In this document: positions 1 to 13,633 of the stretch, piece after piece
Layout: each line of letters starts with the position of its first letter
Position numbering within the stretch: the stretch's first letter is position 1
NCBI GenBank assembly: GCA_046563655.1
Contig: CM102284.1
Coordinates: 6,510,001 to 6,574,000, forward strand
Source of the DNA: Yuukianura sp. NJ FZ-2021
Lineage: Eukaryota
Direction of reading: 5' to 3'
Length of the DNA stretch: 64,000 nt
Notes under the pieces: model-generated
The model's input: the letters and a program-made list of their open reading frames with translations, nothing else
Told to the model about the DNA's origin: nothing
The model's database searches: none
Program-made: the position numbers and the translations under genes

Positions 1-1192
1 GAGTTTTGATCTGGAATCTGAGAAGTATTTTCAGAAAAAGTTAAAACAGAACTTCATTTCAAAAAAGGTTAAAAGTTTCACTTATCGTCACTTTACCAAT
101 TGTTCCGTTTCGACATCGTTTCTCAAGTCCCAGCAATGAATTGTACCGCTTGCATCTGCCACTATGAGCGCAGTTTGCGAAGGATGTAAGCAGGCTGATG
201 TGATGCTGGCAGAATGCGTTAGAAAAACTTTTTTGCACTGCGGACTTCCAGTTCTGAAAGTTAACAAAAGAAACTTTAACAGAATGAATGGATAATTAAG
301 CTTTATTTTACTAGTGTCATTTCCTTACCGTAGATCCCATATTCTGGCATTACAGTCTTCTCCACCGGTAAACATACTGTTCCCATCTTTGTTGAAACCA
401 AGCGTCGTGACGTTCTTGAGGATCCCTTCCAAGTTTAAAGTAGGATTCTGGGTCATTCCTTGGACGTCATAGATTCGCACATGTTGAAATCCTCCGGCAG
501 CCACACTCTTCCGGTCGGGCGTAATTTGTAGGACATTGACTTGCTGAAAATGAAACAAATTAACTGTTTAACAGGTTTTAGTATGGTGTAACTTCTTAGC
601 GCTGCTTCATTCGTATAGGAAATACTTGGAATTGCACTGGAGAAGTGCCAAATTCCTTCTCATTCATTCAAGATCTGCAAATGCAAGTGAAAAACATCAA
701 TTCCTGAGGACAATACAGAAACAGTGCCAAATTTTAATGCCATCCATACTTTTTTAACTGATTCATCTGCTCATTCCTGTTCCTTGGAATTTAGGTTCTT
801 CATTCTCTCGGAAGACGTTCGGAATTCCACTTAATTTCAGCACACGACATCGACCTACCTACTGGGGCAACACTTTCGGAGAATCTTTTTTTTTAGTAAA
901 TGATAATCGTTTTTGAAGAAATTCAAAAAAAAACACCTACGTTAATCAAAAACTGACTTACCGAATCCGGATGCTGAAATGTCTTCAAACACAATGCAGT
1001 GCTTATATTCCACAGCTTGATTGTGTGGTCATATCCAGCTGTTGCCAGTACTGTTTCTGTTGACACCATTCCAGGCGCAACACCATTGTTGATAAAACTG
1101 GAGGATACTGGATTGTTTGCTAAGCTATTTCCTTGACTATGACCTGGAGATACTGGCAATTCCCCGTCACCGTCATCCGAATCCACACTCAT
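1..1192 (-). CDS. LST8: TOR complex subunit LST8 (WD40), partial; continues off the left edge. Exons approx. 1192-962, 543-329, 253-97, 17-<1
   Basis: Translation LATAGYDHTIKLW...FQHPDS|QVNVLQITPDRKSVAAGGFQHVRIYD...MFTGGEDCNARIWDLR matches mLST8; GT-AG junctions keep frame. Confidence 0.95.
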
Positions 1193-2006
1193 GTTTGATT
1201 CAATTCAACGTCGATTCAACGATTTACGTACAGTAAGTTCAAGCAACTGGAAAACACGATGAATTGAAACTCAAACTCAATGAAAACTGCCCAGGGTTTA
1301 TTGAATTACACTAATTAATTCAACTAATCAAAAATTAAACTTCAATCACCTGTTTTTAAGTGTTTGTTTTGATTTTTTTTAGTTCAAAATTGAAATTCTC
1401 CAATTCAAAAGAAAATTCCGCCAAAATGGTTCGTGCTTCCAATCGCCTCAATACCAAAGAATTTGGTTTGCAACTTGCCAAATTCTTTCTTGTTTGGATG
1501 TACATTTCTGCACGTGAATGAAAATTTGGCAAGCAGAATTTAGCGAATGACGAATCCACTCCCTGCTTTGCCTAATGTTATTATGATTGTTTTTATTTCT
1601 TCATCTGAGTCATTCAAGTGCATGAGAGAGGAGAGGTTCGAGTTTTCTCTCTTCAGTCATCAATTGGAACGCGAACAAGTTAGGTCAAATATCAAGAATT
1701 TCCTTCTGTCAATTACTAATTCGCTACGATTTTGAGTCAACGATACTCGGAGCACCAAGTAGGATAAGGTATGAGTCTTGTTTTATATCAATTTAACCCT
1801 GTAAGTTAGAAATTGCTAAGCTTTTGGTTGTTGTTTGACGTTCGTTTTTTTAGTTGCCGAAAATCATTGGAATTTGAGATGTAGTCTTATCGCTTTCTGC
1901 CGCTCCACGTTCTGGTTTTGGAAATACCAGTTGAACAGTGAACGTCTGTTCAAAGAAGAAATTTTTGCAAGTCTGAAGGAACTAAAGTCTTCGAATCAAA
2001 CAAATC

Positions 2007-5000
2007 ATGATGATGAGCAGTGAAAAGTCAAAGACTCAGCAAGGGTCTTCCCTCGGTCAAGTTTACAACAATCCGAGTGGCCTGTCTTCGTCTCCATCGA
2101 CTTCGTATGGAGTTGCAAAGCCAGTACCGATGAAATTATTTTCTTCGTGGGAAGTTGATCGGACTCCGCCTAATTGCATACCCAGGTTTGGACACAAAAC
2201 ATATGCCTCACTTTTTCGTTTTTTGTTCAATGATTTTTCAAGGTCTGGTCATGTCTCTTGTTTGAGTTTGGATAGGATCAGCATACAAAGGTTGTTCAGT
2301 ACAAGTTTATAACTTTGTATACTTTAGTAAGCGGATCCACTCCCAGTTGTTAGTTTTTTTTCTTGTGTTACTGCGTTGCGAAAGAATTAAGTGGTCTTAA
2401 ATTGCCGACAGAGGTATAAATAGACACTAGTATAAATAGAAAGATAGGCAATGTGCATGAGTTATTTGGAAAAGAGGAAGTTAGTTTAAATGAGGTTGCT
2501 ACTCTTGACTTGACTTGACAAGGGACTTGTGCATGTCCAAATTACGTAAATCGAGAACTCAGAGTGTCACTCAAGTCAACCCCATTGCAATTGCTAGTAA
2601 TCCTGGTTCACATTGTAAGTTCCTTGTTGGTTTTCCTACTGCTACCGAGAAAAATGGGGAAAAGTTCTCATTTCTGAAAAAAGCAAAAAAAATTAAATTT
2701 CTATTGCCCTAAATCCATTTCCCTCCTTTTCATCGCCATTTCTATTCAGTAGATGCGGTTTGGTTAGTGCAAGGGGGATCTGGTCTGCTGATTAGATAAA
2801 TGAAAATAGGAGAAACCAGGAGGATCCATTAATTGTTATGCCAAATCTCATACAATTTCTACACTTTCATCTTTAAGCTCTCACCTCTTTTAATTTAAGT
2901 ACTATACAGAAGAACCCCTCTTTTGGCAACTTTTTTTTACAAAGTGGGATGCCGTAAAACCTAACTTTTTTGAAGAGAGCTTAATTTAGCTGCATCCACT
3001 TAAGGTTGTCGCGTCGTATAGTCTGATGAGATGTTATCAGGAAATTTACGGTATATGAGTTGCTAAATGAGAGGTTTTTCTGTAAAATCCCAAAATTAAA
3101 ATTGTGGTTAACAACGTTTTTTATGAGTAAATTCCCGAAATGCATTTTACGATTACGGAAAATGAGGTAAAACCGCAGTGCTAAGTAGGTAAAGTGCCCT
3201 TGCCCTTCAAGGGTCAAAAGTCTCACCAAAGATTAAGATACGAATCTCACATGCCACATAACAATTTCTGCCATACGGAACAAACGAAATCTCCGAAAGA
3301 GCTGAACAATGGACGACGACGTTAGTTACTAATGTGATGACGAAGAGTGATGGCGTGTGCGTGACTAAAATCTGTTGCCCCATTTAGTAGCCAGATTCTC
3401 CCTTGTTCCTGTTCACTCAGGCATGATCCTTTTGGGTTGACATTTTAGCACTAAAAATAGAGAGAAAAAATTGACTGTGGACGACTATGACAAACGTTGT
3501 TCCCAAGTCCAAACTTCTGTTAAGCCTTTAAAAGTTTTTCTTTGGTGAGAAAGACATTAGGTCTTCATCACTTTTCGATGTAACCTCTGCTGGACCTTGA
3601 TATTTTATTTTCTTTTGTTATAATAACAAAAAAAACATGCTCTTTTTTTCTGGTTTTTAGATTATGCTCCTTGACCTTGATACGCTTGGTGGTTATGAGA
3701 GCTTTGCCAACGTCCGAGGCGAGTGGTGCCATTATCGTGGCTGTAAAAATGGCTGGAAGCCGGCGAACACTGCGCTCCAATGAAATTCAACTTTCCAGTA
3801 ATGGACTCACGGACACGGAACTGGAGCTTCACTTTTCTCTTCAGGTTTTTTTTTGAATTATTAGTATTACAGCCAAACCTCTCATTGTGGAACAGATTGT
3901 AATTGGTTGGTTTGAAAAAAAAAACGTTTTTAGCGCTATCTGCTGACGTACGGCTTTAACACATCTGACAAATCGAACCCAACCACACTAAGCACTTTGC
4001 TTTGTATACATGTAAAGTTTATCCAGAAATGTAATTTTACGGTATCCCGCCTCGGAGAAGTAGAGCTAAGTGTTGCACAATGAGAGGTTCTACTGTACAA
4101 CTATTATTTTCCTGGACAAAGGGCACTTTAGGCTTAGAAGAATGAGCAATTTATTTCACAAATTGTTATAATTCGTAGTATCCACACTTTCTCAAGAGGG
4201 AAGAAAACAAGCTCGTGGTGATGCTTCAGCGACGAAAGCGATACAAGAATCGAACGATTCTGGGATACAAGACTCTGGCTGAAGGATCGATCGATATGGC
4301 TCTTGTAAGTTTCAATTGCTAAAAAGTGGAGATGGATAAAGATAAACATCATTTTGTCACAGTTTTTCATGAAAGCAAATTCAGCTCTGACACTTTGTAG
4401 TTACAAATTTTTCTGTTTTGTATTTCAGGTTTTGCAGAGAAGTTTGGATTTGGAGCTGCATTTGTTCTCACCGGAAGGAAACAACAAAGAGAATTCGCTT
4501 CCTCTGGCACGAGTGGCCATCCTTGGCCTATCTTCTCAACCAGTGGACGATGTTGAAGGAGAACGGAAGTCTAAGCAAGGTATTTAGGATTGGTTGCATG
4601 ATCTTGTGCTAATTAGATTATGCCACTTCCGTTTGTCACTTTTATTCAATTTACTCTGCATGAACCCCGGTAGCTTTAGAAGGAACGTCCATTTTGTAGA
4701 GCAATTTTTGATAGTAGTTGTTGATTTTTTCACAAAAATTTGCACTACGATCGAAGTTCGTTTTCTCTCTTTGTTTTCTTTTCCATCTCTCTTCTTCTCC
4801 CTTCTCGTCCTCACCTTCACTACTTCGCACTTCTTCACACTTCAAATTCAAATCAAAACCTCTAAAGCTTCGGGGTTCCGTCGACAATTGTCATCCCCAT
4901 TGAATCCTCCGGGTGAACCCATAGGAAAGTCCAGAGCTGGCGGTGGACACGATTTCTCGGATGATGAGGATGACTTTTCGTCACACTCGTCGGACTCTCC

Positions 5001-7111
5001 GCCAGACGAGGTCATTTTGCGCAAAAACTCCAAATCGCTTCCGCACGGTAACAACAGGGTGAGTTTTATGAAATTAACAAAGCTATAACTCAAATTCCCA
5101 GGAAAGTTGGATTTTAATTAGTTTTTGTGTTATTTTTAGAATCTGAAGCAGAAAATTGTGAATCTCTTGAGAAAATTCAAAGCGACTGAAGAGCGGAACG
5201 AGTCCAAGACTGGAGAGCCTGCGGAAAATGTTGACATTCAAGAACTGTTTGATGAGCTTGAAGGACTGTCTGACTCTGAACCGGATGCTGACACGATGTC
5301 AGTGGGTTCATTTCCCAAACCCGTTCTGCGCCCGTTCTTTTCGTCGTCTCGATCTCTTGTTCACCAAAACAGTCAGTTTTTACATCTACTAACAGTGCAA
5401 ACTGAATTGAAAACTCATCAGTTTTTTGTAGTACTTTCATAATTACTTGAACTCCGCCTTTTTCGTGTTGTTTTTAGGTGGAACTGGAATTGGAGACAGG
5501 CATCATATCCCAACGTCTGATGAGAGAGCAGACTCAGATTCATGGACTGAAGAGCCTGGAGCTGAAGATGAGACTTCAGCATCTACTATTCTTGCACCAC
5601 AATTTTCCATTACTCTCCCTCCACCACAAAATCTCAATGGAAAAGGAGCACGAATCTCAAAACTGGGTTCGATTGCTGATCAATGTTCAATTCTTGAAGA
5701 TGGTTTTCCAGACCTTGTTGTCTTCCTGTCGCTTGACGGACCTGGAACACAGATCTTCACTGCACTTGCCAACTGTAATCTCAAAGTCATTGGAATTACC
5801 AATGAAGGAGATGTTCGCGTTGCTCTTCAGTATTTAGGTGAGTCAGAGTCACTTACTCATTTGTAATCAAAGTTTATAATTTGCTGTGTTTAGCATTCAA
5901 AGTGTAACTGTAACTAAATACTGTCTCGTATTTGTGTTATAGTCGCCAAGTTACAAAAGTTTTGCAACAACAACTCCAAGACGCCGCAACCAGTGACGAT
6001 CGTGGTGGCTGGAAATGAGACCCTCTTGAGCGGAGTTACCAAAAACTACACGCAGCAGCTATCCTCCAAGCCGCATGACTGGCAATCCTACTTTGCATTC
6101 CTCTACGTACCATTTTCTTGTAAGTTTAAACCGATTTTGAGAGTAAGTTGTCAAAATTATTACATTTGTGCATAATTTTTATGATTTTCTTTTCTTTGAA
6201 AAGCTGGCGGTTCGATTTGGAAACTTCTGTGTCAAGGTGATCCAAACTATGCTCAAAGTTTCAATGACTTTACGGAGCGTGGAGACCCGGATGACTTTGC
6301 TGTTCGTCTCCTGACCTACACCATGTTGGCAATGGATCATCGCTTAATCGTTTATGTTCCTATTGCGGAGGCCATGATAACCTACAAAGAGAATCAAGAG
6401 TCATCGCAAGTTTTTGTTCCATTTGTGAGCGACGTTCGGCTCAGTGTGGGTTACTCGTCGCCTTCCGTCGACGAAGGTGGGGCAGGGGCTGGTGGAGCAG
6501 ACTTGTCCCTGTCATCCTCCCCACCGTCTCCACCACATTCACCGCGTGAGGAACCGCTGGAGCTTCAAGTTGATTACTGGAAAGGTACAATTAAGTCTTC
6601 CGTCAAAGCGTTCTTCCGAAGTCTGACAATTCAAAGGACTCAGGACAACCTCCTCTCCGTCACCTATGTTCTCAAAGAGCAAAAGAAGCAAAAGAGTAAG
6701 TTAAAAACTTGACAAACTTGATTGAATTGAAGAAAAAACTAATTGAATTTTGATGTTTTTACAGTAATGCGTCTTGGGAAAAAGAAGGAAACAGATCTGA
6801 AAAATCAAAGTCTGGATGGGATCTCGCGTCTCGTTTGTCTTGCAAGGTCGCACGCTCCGATTAAATGTGAGAAAAAATCTGTTTTTTTTTTCTAACAATT
6901 CACAAGTTGAGAGTTTTTGTTGACAAAAAAGGTGTGAATTGTTGGTTTTAAAATGAAGGTTAACTGCATTTATCTTCTGTTTGTTTTTGTAGTGTTTGTC
7001 GATGGTGGTGAATGGCCAGGAGTAAAGTTCTTCCAAGTATCGTCACAATGGCAGAGCCAAGTAAAGTCCCTCCCACTTCTCATATCGCAAGGAAAAGGCG
7101 ACAACAAGTGA
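2007..7111 (+). CDS. PACS: Phosphofurin acidic cluster sorting protein (PACS1/2, KrT95D-like), ~11 exons: 2007-2185, 3661-3844, 4179-4304, 4429-4579, 4925(or 4868)-5058, 5140-5371, 5479-5837, 5943-6119, 6204-6695, 6765-6866, 6993-7111
   Basis: [95 protein letters not shown] are PACS signatures; canonical splice sites. Confidence 0.93.
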
Positions 7112-7665
7112 GGAATTTTTTAAAAACGGGCTTGAAGAAGCTTCTTCATCTCTCCCTTCCCTAAAAAAAAGTATAAAACTAGTCCTCTTGTCAAATTTTT
7201 AAAAAAGTAGATTGAATTTTGAGATTAATTGACACTCACCTCAATGGGAGATTAGCCCTTGAGAATTAACTTTTCACACGTTGAGATCTAAACTGTGCAT
7301 GCAACAAAACAGGAACGAAAACTTTGTTTTTCGTAGATAAAATGAGAAATTTCAATGTTGTTTCTGTTTATTACAATAATTAATTAATTGCTTGCAAAGT
7401 GATTGTGTTTTAGGGGCATTTTTGTTTGATAATCTGTTGATGTTTTTCTAAATGCTTTTTTAGTGAATAGTTTTTTTTTTCGAACACGACGAGTTCTTTA
7501 CGATTAATGCTACTGCTAATTTTAAATGTAGAAATACTGTGAGCTAAAATTACTGTTGACTGCATTTTGGTTTTTTAAGTAGAAGAAACGAGTTAAAATT
7601 GGTGTTAAATTTAAGACAGAATAGTGCATAAGAAACTCTGAGAAACTGAAAAAGAAAAGTTGATT

Positions 7666-10600
7666 TTAAACCTCCGTTTGACGGGGATCCGTTGGCTTAT
7701 TATTATCACAGTGGCTGAAGATGGGGGAGAGGTTTGTAGTGCTGGAACCAACACCACTGTCAGCATCTGCCAGTACTTTTGAAGATGCTGGCAGTAGTGG
7801 ATTGGTTGAAGAAGAAGAAACATTCGACCCACCACTGGCTGAATGTTTACCGAGATCTAGTGTGAGCTTGTCGCGAGTATGCCGGAGACCACCGATGCCT
7901 GGAGGATCCATTTCAGCGATTCCAGTATTATTAGTAGTTCCATCGCTGCTGTCACCAGCGCTAAATGCGAACGGAGATATACGATAGACGTCCATTTTAG
8001 TACTTGAAGTCTTTGGTTCTGCTACGTCCAGTTCCCAGTCATCTTCTATGACTCCTTCCATTTCATCTGGATTCAGTTCCCAGTCTGCAATAGCAAAATT
8101 AGACCAATCAGAAACTTCGGAGTACTTTTAGGTCAAGCTAAGCCGGAATGTACTTGCGCAGTATTTTTCAATCTTACCGAGTGACAGTGCTAGTGGGCCA
8201 GAAATTGACGCAGCATTTCCAGCATCCTCTTCATCAGAGTCTGGATGACTTGGATGTGGTGGATACTCGTACACCAGTTGACGCTTTTTACGCTCAAACG
8301 AAACTGATTTCCTTATTCCAGTGGTACCAGTGTTCTTAGTCTCCTTTACTTCTTCTTTATAAGTTTCTGGAGACTTGATCGCTGATTTCGCTGGATTCAA
8401 AGCAGAGTTCCACTTGGATGGGACGAAAGGTACTGGTTCAACATGGTCATCACTAACAGTAGGACTTAGACTCAGACTTTCTTCTCCCACTTCACCTCCA
8501 AACGCATTCCTCGTTAACCTTGACGTTACTAACAACCCATCTTCATCACCTAGACTCTCCACGTCTTCCTTGATTAATTTGTACTCTGGTTCATCCTGCT
8601 CCAAGTCATGCAGAATTAAACTCCCTAGTTCTTCATTAGCCTCTGTGATTTCCTCGGTGAAGTGAGCTTTGAGGTTATCCACTTTGAAAACTGGAATACT
8701 TGATGCTACTGGCACAGTTTTTGAAGACGATGCTGCTTGATGAGGAGTATGCGTTGCCGTATAAGCTGATGCTGCTGGTGATGCTGGAGGTGATTTGACC
8801 TTGGGTTCCTTAGGAACAAAAGCTCCGCTGTCACCCCTTCCCTCTACTTTGGTGTAAACCAACCACGATTCGGGAACTGACTCAGTAGTATTCGGATGTT
8901 CATCTAAAATGGTCGTGTCAAATTCAAGTTTTCTTGGTAGAGCTGGTCGTTTGTGATCGGATGGTGGAGACGGTGGAGATCTTGGAATTCCAACAGTTGT
9001 TGTCACACCTTGAAATGGATTTAAACCAAGGTCATCCACTGCACCAAACACTGAAACGGTGTACCTAAAACGAAAAAAAAAAGTTTGAAAAACCTTCGAA
9101 GAAATTGTAGTTTTTTAAAGAGTTTTATGAAAACTATGATTTCTTGTCCTTACGAATTATTTTCACCCACTACTGCACCAGAATGGATCGAGTTGTTGAT
9201 TGAAGCTGCTTGACTGATAGGACTGATTTCGCAATTCGGAACGTCCTTTGCTGATTCTGGAGAGGCAAAAACATCATCAGAATCGCCAGAATGAGAAGAT
9301 TCAGTGAGTGATTGAGGAGATTTAAAAGGCGTACTTGCATGACGAACAGCTTGAAATCCTTGAGTGGATGCTGCTACTACTGCTGATGCTGGCGGCAGAG
9401 GAGGAGGAGCCTCATCATCTCGAAAGACAAATCGTCGCTTGATGTTATTGGATTTAACTGGAACAACGTCTTCCTGTTCTTGTTCTAAAGAATCCTCAAT
9501 TTTTTGTGGAGTAGGTGTGGGCTGAATAACGTTAATTTTGATTGCAGGACTTGGAGTAGGGGCAGTAAGTTGAATATTGATTCCAGATTTGTTGGTGGGA
9601 CTTGGAAAGTTTCCACCTCCGAGTGTAAGATGTGGTTGAAGGAACGTATTTGTAAGTTTAGGTGCATGACTAGAAGTTTTTCCGGGTGAACTAATTGCAG
9701 TTTCACTAACAGCACGACGAAGGATTCCCGGCGGCGGAGGTTCAATTAGTACTAGACTCTCTCCATCACTCAAGTCGCCTGGTTCGACGTGAGTCAAAAT
9801 CATCAAATCTTGGACACTTTCAGACTTTTCACGGACCTAGAACAGAGAAAATAACAAAAATTACCAAACTCCATTCAAAATCGATCGATTTTTGAAGTTT
9901 TGAAACTGTTTTGCTTCACCTTTTGTGTGATTTCCCCTCGTTCGATTCGTTTTTTGTAGTCTTCTTCTTCCGGATCTGGTGGTTTCCAAAGATCAAGCGA
10001 AGGAAATGCATCTTCCCTTGGTTCAAACTGGATCATCGTTTTGGCAAAAGGTATCGAAGGAACTGTTGCTGTAATTGGAGTAGCTGGTGTTGATAAAGCA
10101 AAATTGACTACTGGTGTAACTGGATTTTCAGTTGGCTCTCCAGAAAAACTAACAGACTTCTTTTTGGATTGGCTCAGCAAAGCATGTTCCCACTTCGTTT
10201 CAAAGTCGTCAGTTTTCTTGACACTATTGAGAGACTCGAGTCTGTTGATGAGTAATTGAAGCCTCTCGACAACTGAACTGATTGGTGGGCGTTTCGATGG
10301 ATCATATGACCAACAAGCGGTCATCAAACTGTAGATTTCATCTGACAGGACAAGGGACGGCATTGTGGGGACACCAAGTATGTAATTGTGGTCACACAAG
10401 ACGCGAGAGATCACTTGTTCATCACTAAAGTCAAAGTACGGTAACTTCCCAAATTCTGCAATTTCCCACAGAACGATTCCAAAAGTCCACACGTTCGATT
10501 CCTTCGTGACCTGATGACAAAAAAAACTTAATTAGTTGTGATTAATTAAAGTTTTTAATACGAATGAATCCTTACCCGAAGTGTCTGAATGGTGTTTATT

Positions 10601-11919
10601 GTGCAATGAAGTGTTTCGGGAGCAGCCCATCGCAGTGGAATTGCAATATTTGAGCTCCAGTAGTAGTCGTCCTTGAAATTTTGTGTTGACAATCCGTAGT
10701 CTCCAATTAGAATTCTTCCTTCACTTCCAACTTGACAATTCCTGGCAGCCAAGTCACCGTGAGTAAAATCTGAAGCTGCCATCCATTCCAGACCTTTTGC
10801 AATGTCCAAGGCCATTCTTAGAATATCACCGCGAGAGTTAAGTACTTCAGCTCGTGAAACGTTTGAAATGAGGTAGGATTTGAGATCTCCAAGAGCACAA
10901 TACTCCAGCAGGAGGAGGAATGGATTCGATTCGATTGAGTGACCAAGAAGTTTCAGAATATTTCCATGACTTCCGTCACGATAAAGACGAGACTCGTCCA
11001 GAAATCTCATCTGATCCGCGTCACTAGCATCTCCACGCATTACTTTGATGATGACACGCATCTTTTTGGCGTAAGGGACGATATCACGAGCTTCTCCTTC
11101 AATAACCTGTTGTAAATAATTACAACAATTAACAAAATTTCCAGTATAGAATTTCCAGCAAAGTTTTACCTGTCCGAACCACCCTTTTCCCAATACTCGA
11201 ATGTATTCTATATTCCCTCGAGGAAAGTTTCTGAAAGGCTCATCTGCAATGAAAAATCAGGAAGAAGTTTACAACTTCAGTGCGTAACATTTAGCGCAAG
11301 AGTTGAAAAATCGACGTACCGAACCAATCGTGTGCGTATATATGAGAATCCGGAGAACTGAACGGGACAATGGATCCAGAATGCTTTCCGTTGTGATGGT
11401 ATTGCATATGATGATAATCATCTCCATCTCGACGTACTGGTGTGAGATCGCTTAGCGTAGGCAGAGGTTCGAAAACAATTGGATCCAGTTCCAAACCTCG
11501 GACATCTATTTCAGATAGACCCAAACCTCCGCTTACTCCGCCACTATCAACCAGTGGATTGTCAAATCCAGCCGCGGCAACTCCATCTCTACGAAACTGC
11601 AAATCAAAAGACACCAATCGTAAAGCTCTACACGGTAAAATTCATGTATGTCTCACATAACGCAGAGGCCAGCATCCACTTCCTTCTAAACAGACTAGTA
11701 GGATTACAACCAGCGAAATGAGGATAACTGCCGAGAATAAAATGATTCCTCCAAGTGATATCCGAGGAGCTCCATCTGAAATTCATTGCAATTGAAATTA
11801 AATGTTCCAAAAGTTGTCGTTGTTATGAAACTTTACACACCGTTGGACAAGGGAGATCCACCCACAAAGGAAACCAATAGTAAGTGACACAGGAAGATTT
11901 TGGCTGTTCCAGTTAACAT
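7666..11919 (-). CDS. LMTK: Lemur-tail/AATK-type (LMTK) transmembrane kinase; exons approx. 11919-11841, 11775-11657, 11596-11320, 11243-11170, 11106-10576, 10510-9920, 9836-9154, 9064-8178, 8084-7666
   Basis: Signal-peptide-like exon, TM exon (IILFSAVILISLVVILLV), kinase with IGKGWFGQV, HGDLAARN, IGDYG (DYG instead of DFG), PLRWAAPE, SNVWTFGIVLWEI; long disordered tail with KSVSF motifs. Confidence 0.88.
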
Positions 11920-13633
11920 GGCTCCCGCAGAGGTCAATTCTTTTAGATTTCCAGTTTCTTCATGGAGAAGTGAATTACTTGGAGACGGTAGGTGATATTT
12001 CTTGCACTGCTTTTCTGTAATGGATACAATAAAAACTACATTAGAATAATAGTAGAGAGTTCTCAAACAACAAAAAACTGAAACTGGTCAATGTCACAAC
12101 TGTTAAAAGATTAGAAGATTAGATTAGCATCCACGCAATGCCTAGCCCAGCTTATCAATCATTCATCTTCATAAAGTGGTTTAACCTTAACGTTAAATGT
12201 GTTAAATGTTTTTACTAACTACATAAAAATACTATACCTCTTTTCAAAATCCCAAGGACGAACGAAGTACCGGACGTTGATCGTTAATGTCGCCCGGATG
12301 TTGACAATGCTGATGAGTAATCAAAATTTCAAACCGACCGAAAAAAAAAAACACGGCTTTTACAACTTGATTCCAGTCCTTTCCAGAAAACCTGGACAAT
12401 TTGTGTTACTGAAACTAATGTGTCGTCTTTAAAGGAGGTGCAAATTTAGCTAATTACCAAGTTAAAATAAGTTAATGCTAATGAACAAATTACGTCAAAA
12501 GTAATTTGATATTTGATTATGCACAAGCTCAAGCGTTCATACTCGATACGAAGATGCACTTGTAATTCAATACACAGCCAAGAGCCAACCCACCACAGGC
12601 TAAAAAAATAGACTAAAAAAAAATTCAAGTTTTTTACAAATTGCCGTTTCAAAATTGACGCTCCAGGAATTAGTCACTTCCTCCCCGAACATTGATCGTT
12701 TTACAACAACAAAAAAATTACTAAAGAAAGTTTCTAATTAACTAACATAATTAATTAACAAATTTCATGATTTTTTTTTCGAAATTTATTTTGTAGCTTC
12801 AAATACCCCTTTAGCAACTAAAATTAGAAAGGAAGTGTTGAAAATGAAATGCGTGAGAGAAGATTCATAAACCATTTGATATGTTACATGTACACATAAG
12901 ACGAAGTGCAAATGAAAATCAATGAGTGCTAATTAATCGATTTGGGGATTAATAATTGGTTTAGGCTATTTCGGAAGTTTGAGATGAACGCGATCGATTG
13001 GTTCCAAAAGTTTAATTTTTCCTTGGAAAAAGTAGCCTGAACTTAAAATGTGAACAAAACTTTGCGTTTTACTTTCAATCTTTGCAATAAAACTTCTTTA
13101 ACTTTCCCTTTCCTACAATTGAATGCCTTCCTACTGCAAATTGTTGATGAATTAATTGAAATCGTAAACGTCCTAGTTTTAACAAAGTTCAGGAAATTGT
13201 CACCTCACCAGTAATCCCATACCCAGTCACTGTCCATCCAACCCCACAATCTTAAATTTTGTACTTGCAAATTCAGAGAAAGTGATCAGACCAGTTTCTG
13301 AATTCCCCAAAAAATGAACATCGCATATGAAAATATGTGCAATCAGGAATTTAACAAACACTTTAAACCATAGAATGGCAAACTAACGAAATGAATGATT
13401 GCATAGGAAGGGAACTTGACCTACTTTAGCATTTCTTGACCTTAACCCCTCCTTGTAGCCCAGTGCATTCCGAGCCACTCAGGATACAACATTTACAGTT
13501 ACAGTTTCAACTTTCTAAAAAGCTAATCCAACATGGATTAATCTAAAACTCAATTAAATTTCAAGTACTTTAATCTTAGTCTAAACAAAATCCAATTTTA
13601 GAATTATAGATTGTGTTTAAATTTTCAGAGAAA

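Noticed and set aside
3330-3425. Possible C/D snoRNA in PACS intron 1 (GTGATGA C-box)
   Set aside because: No properly placed CTGA D-box or terminal stem found
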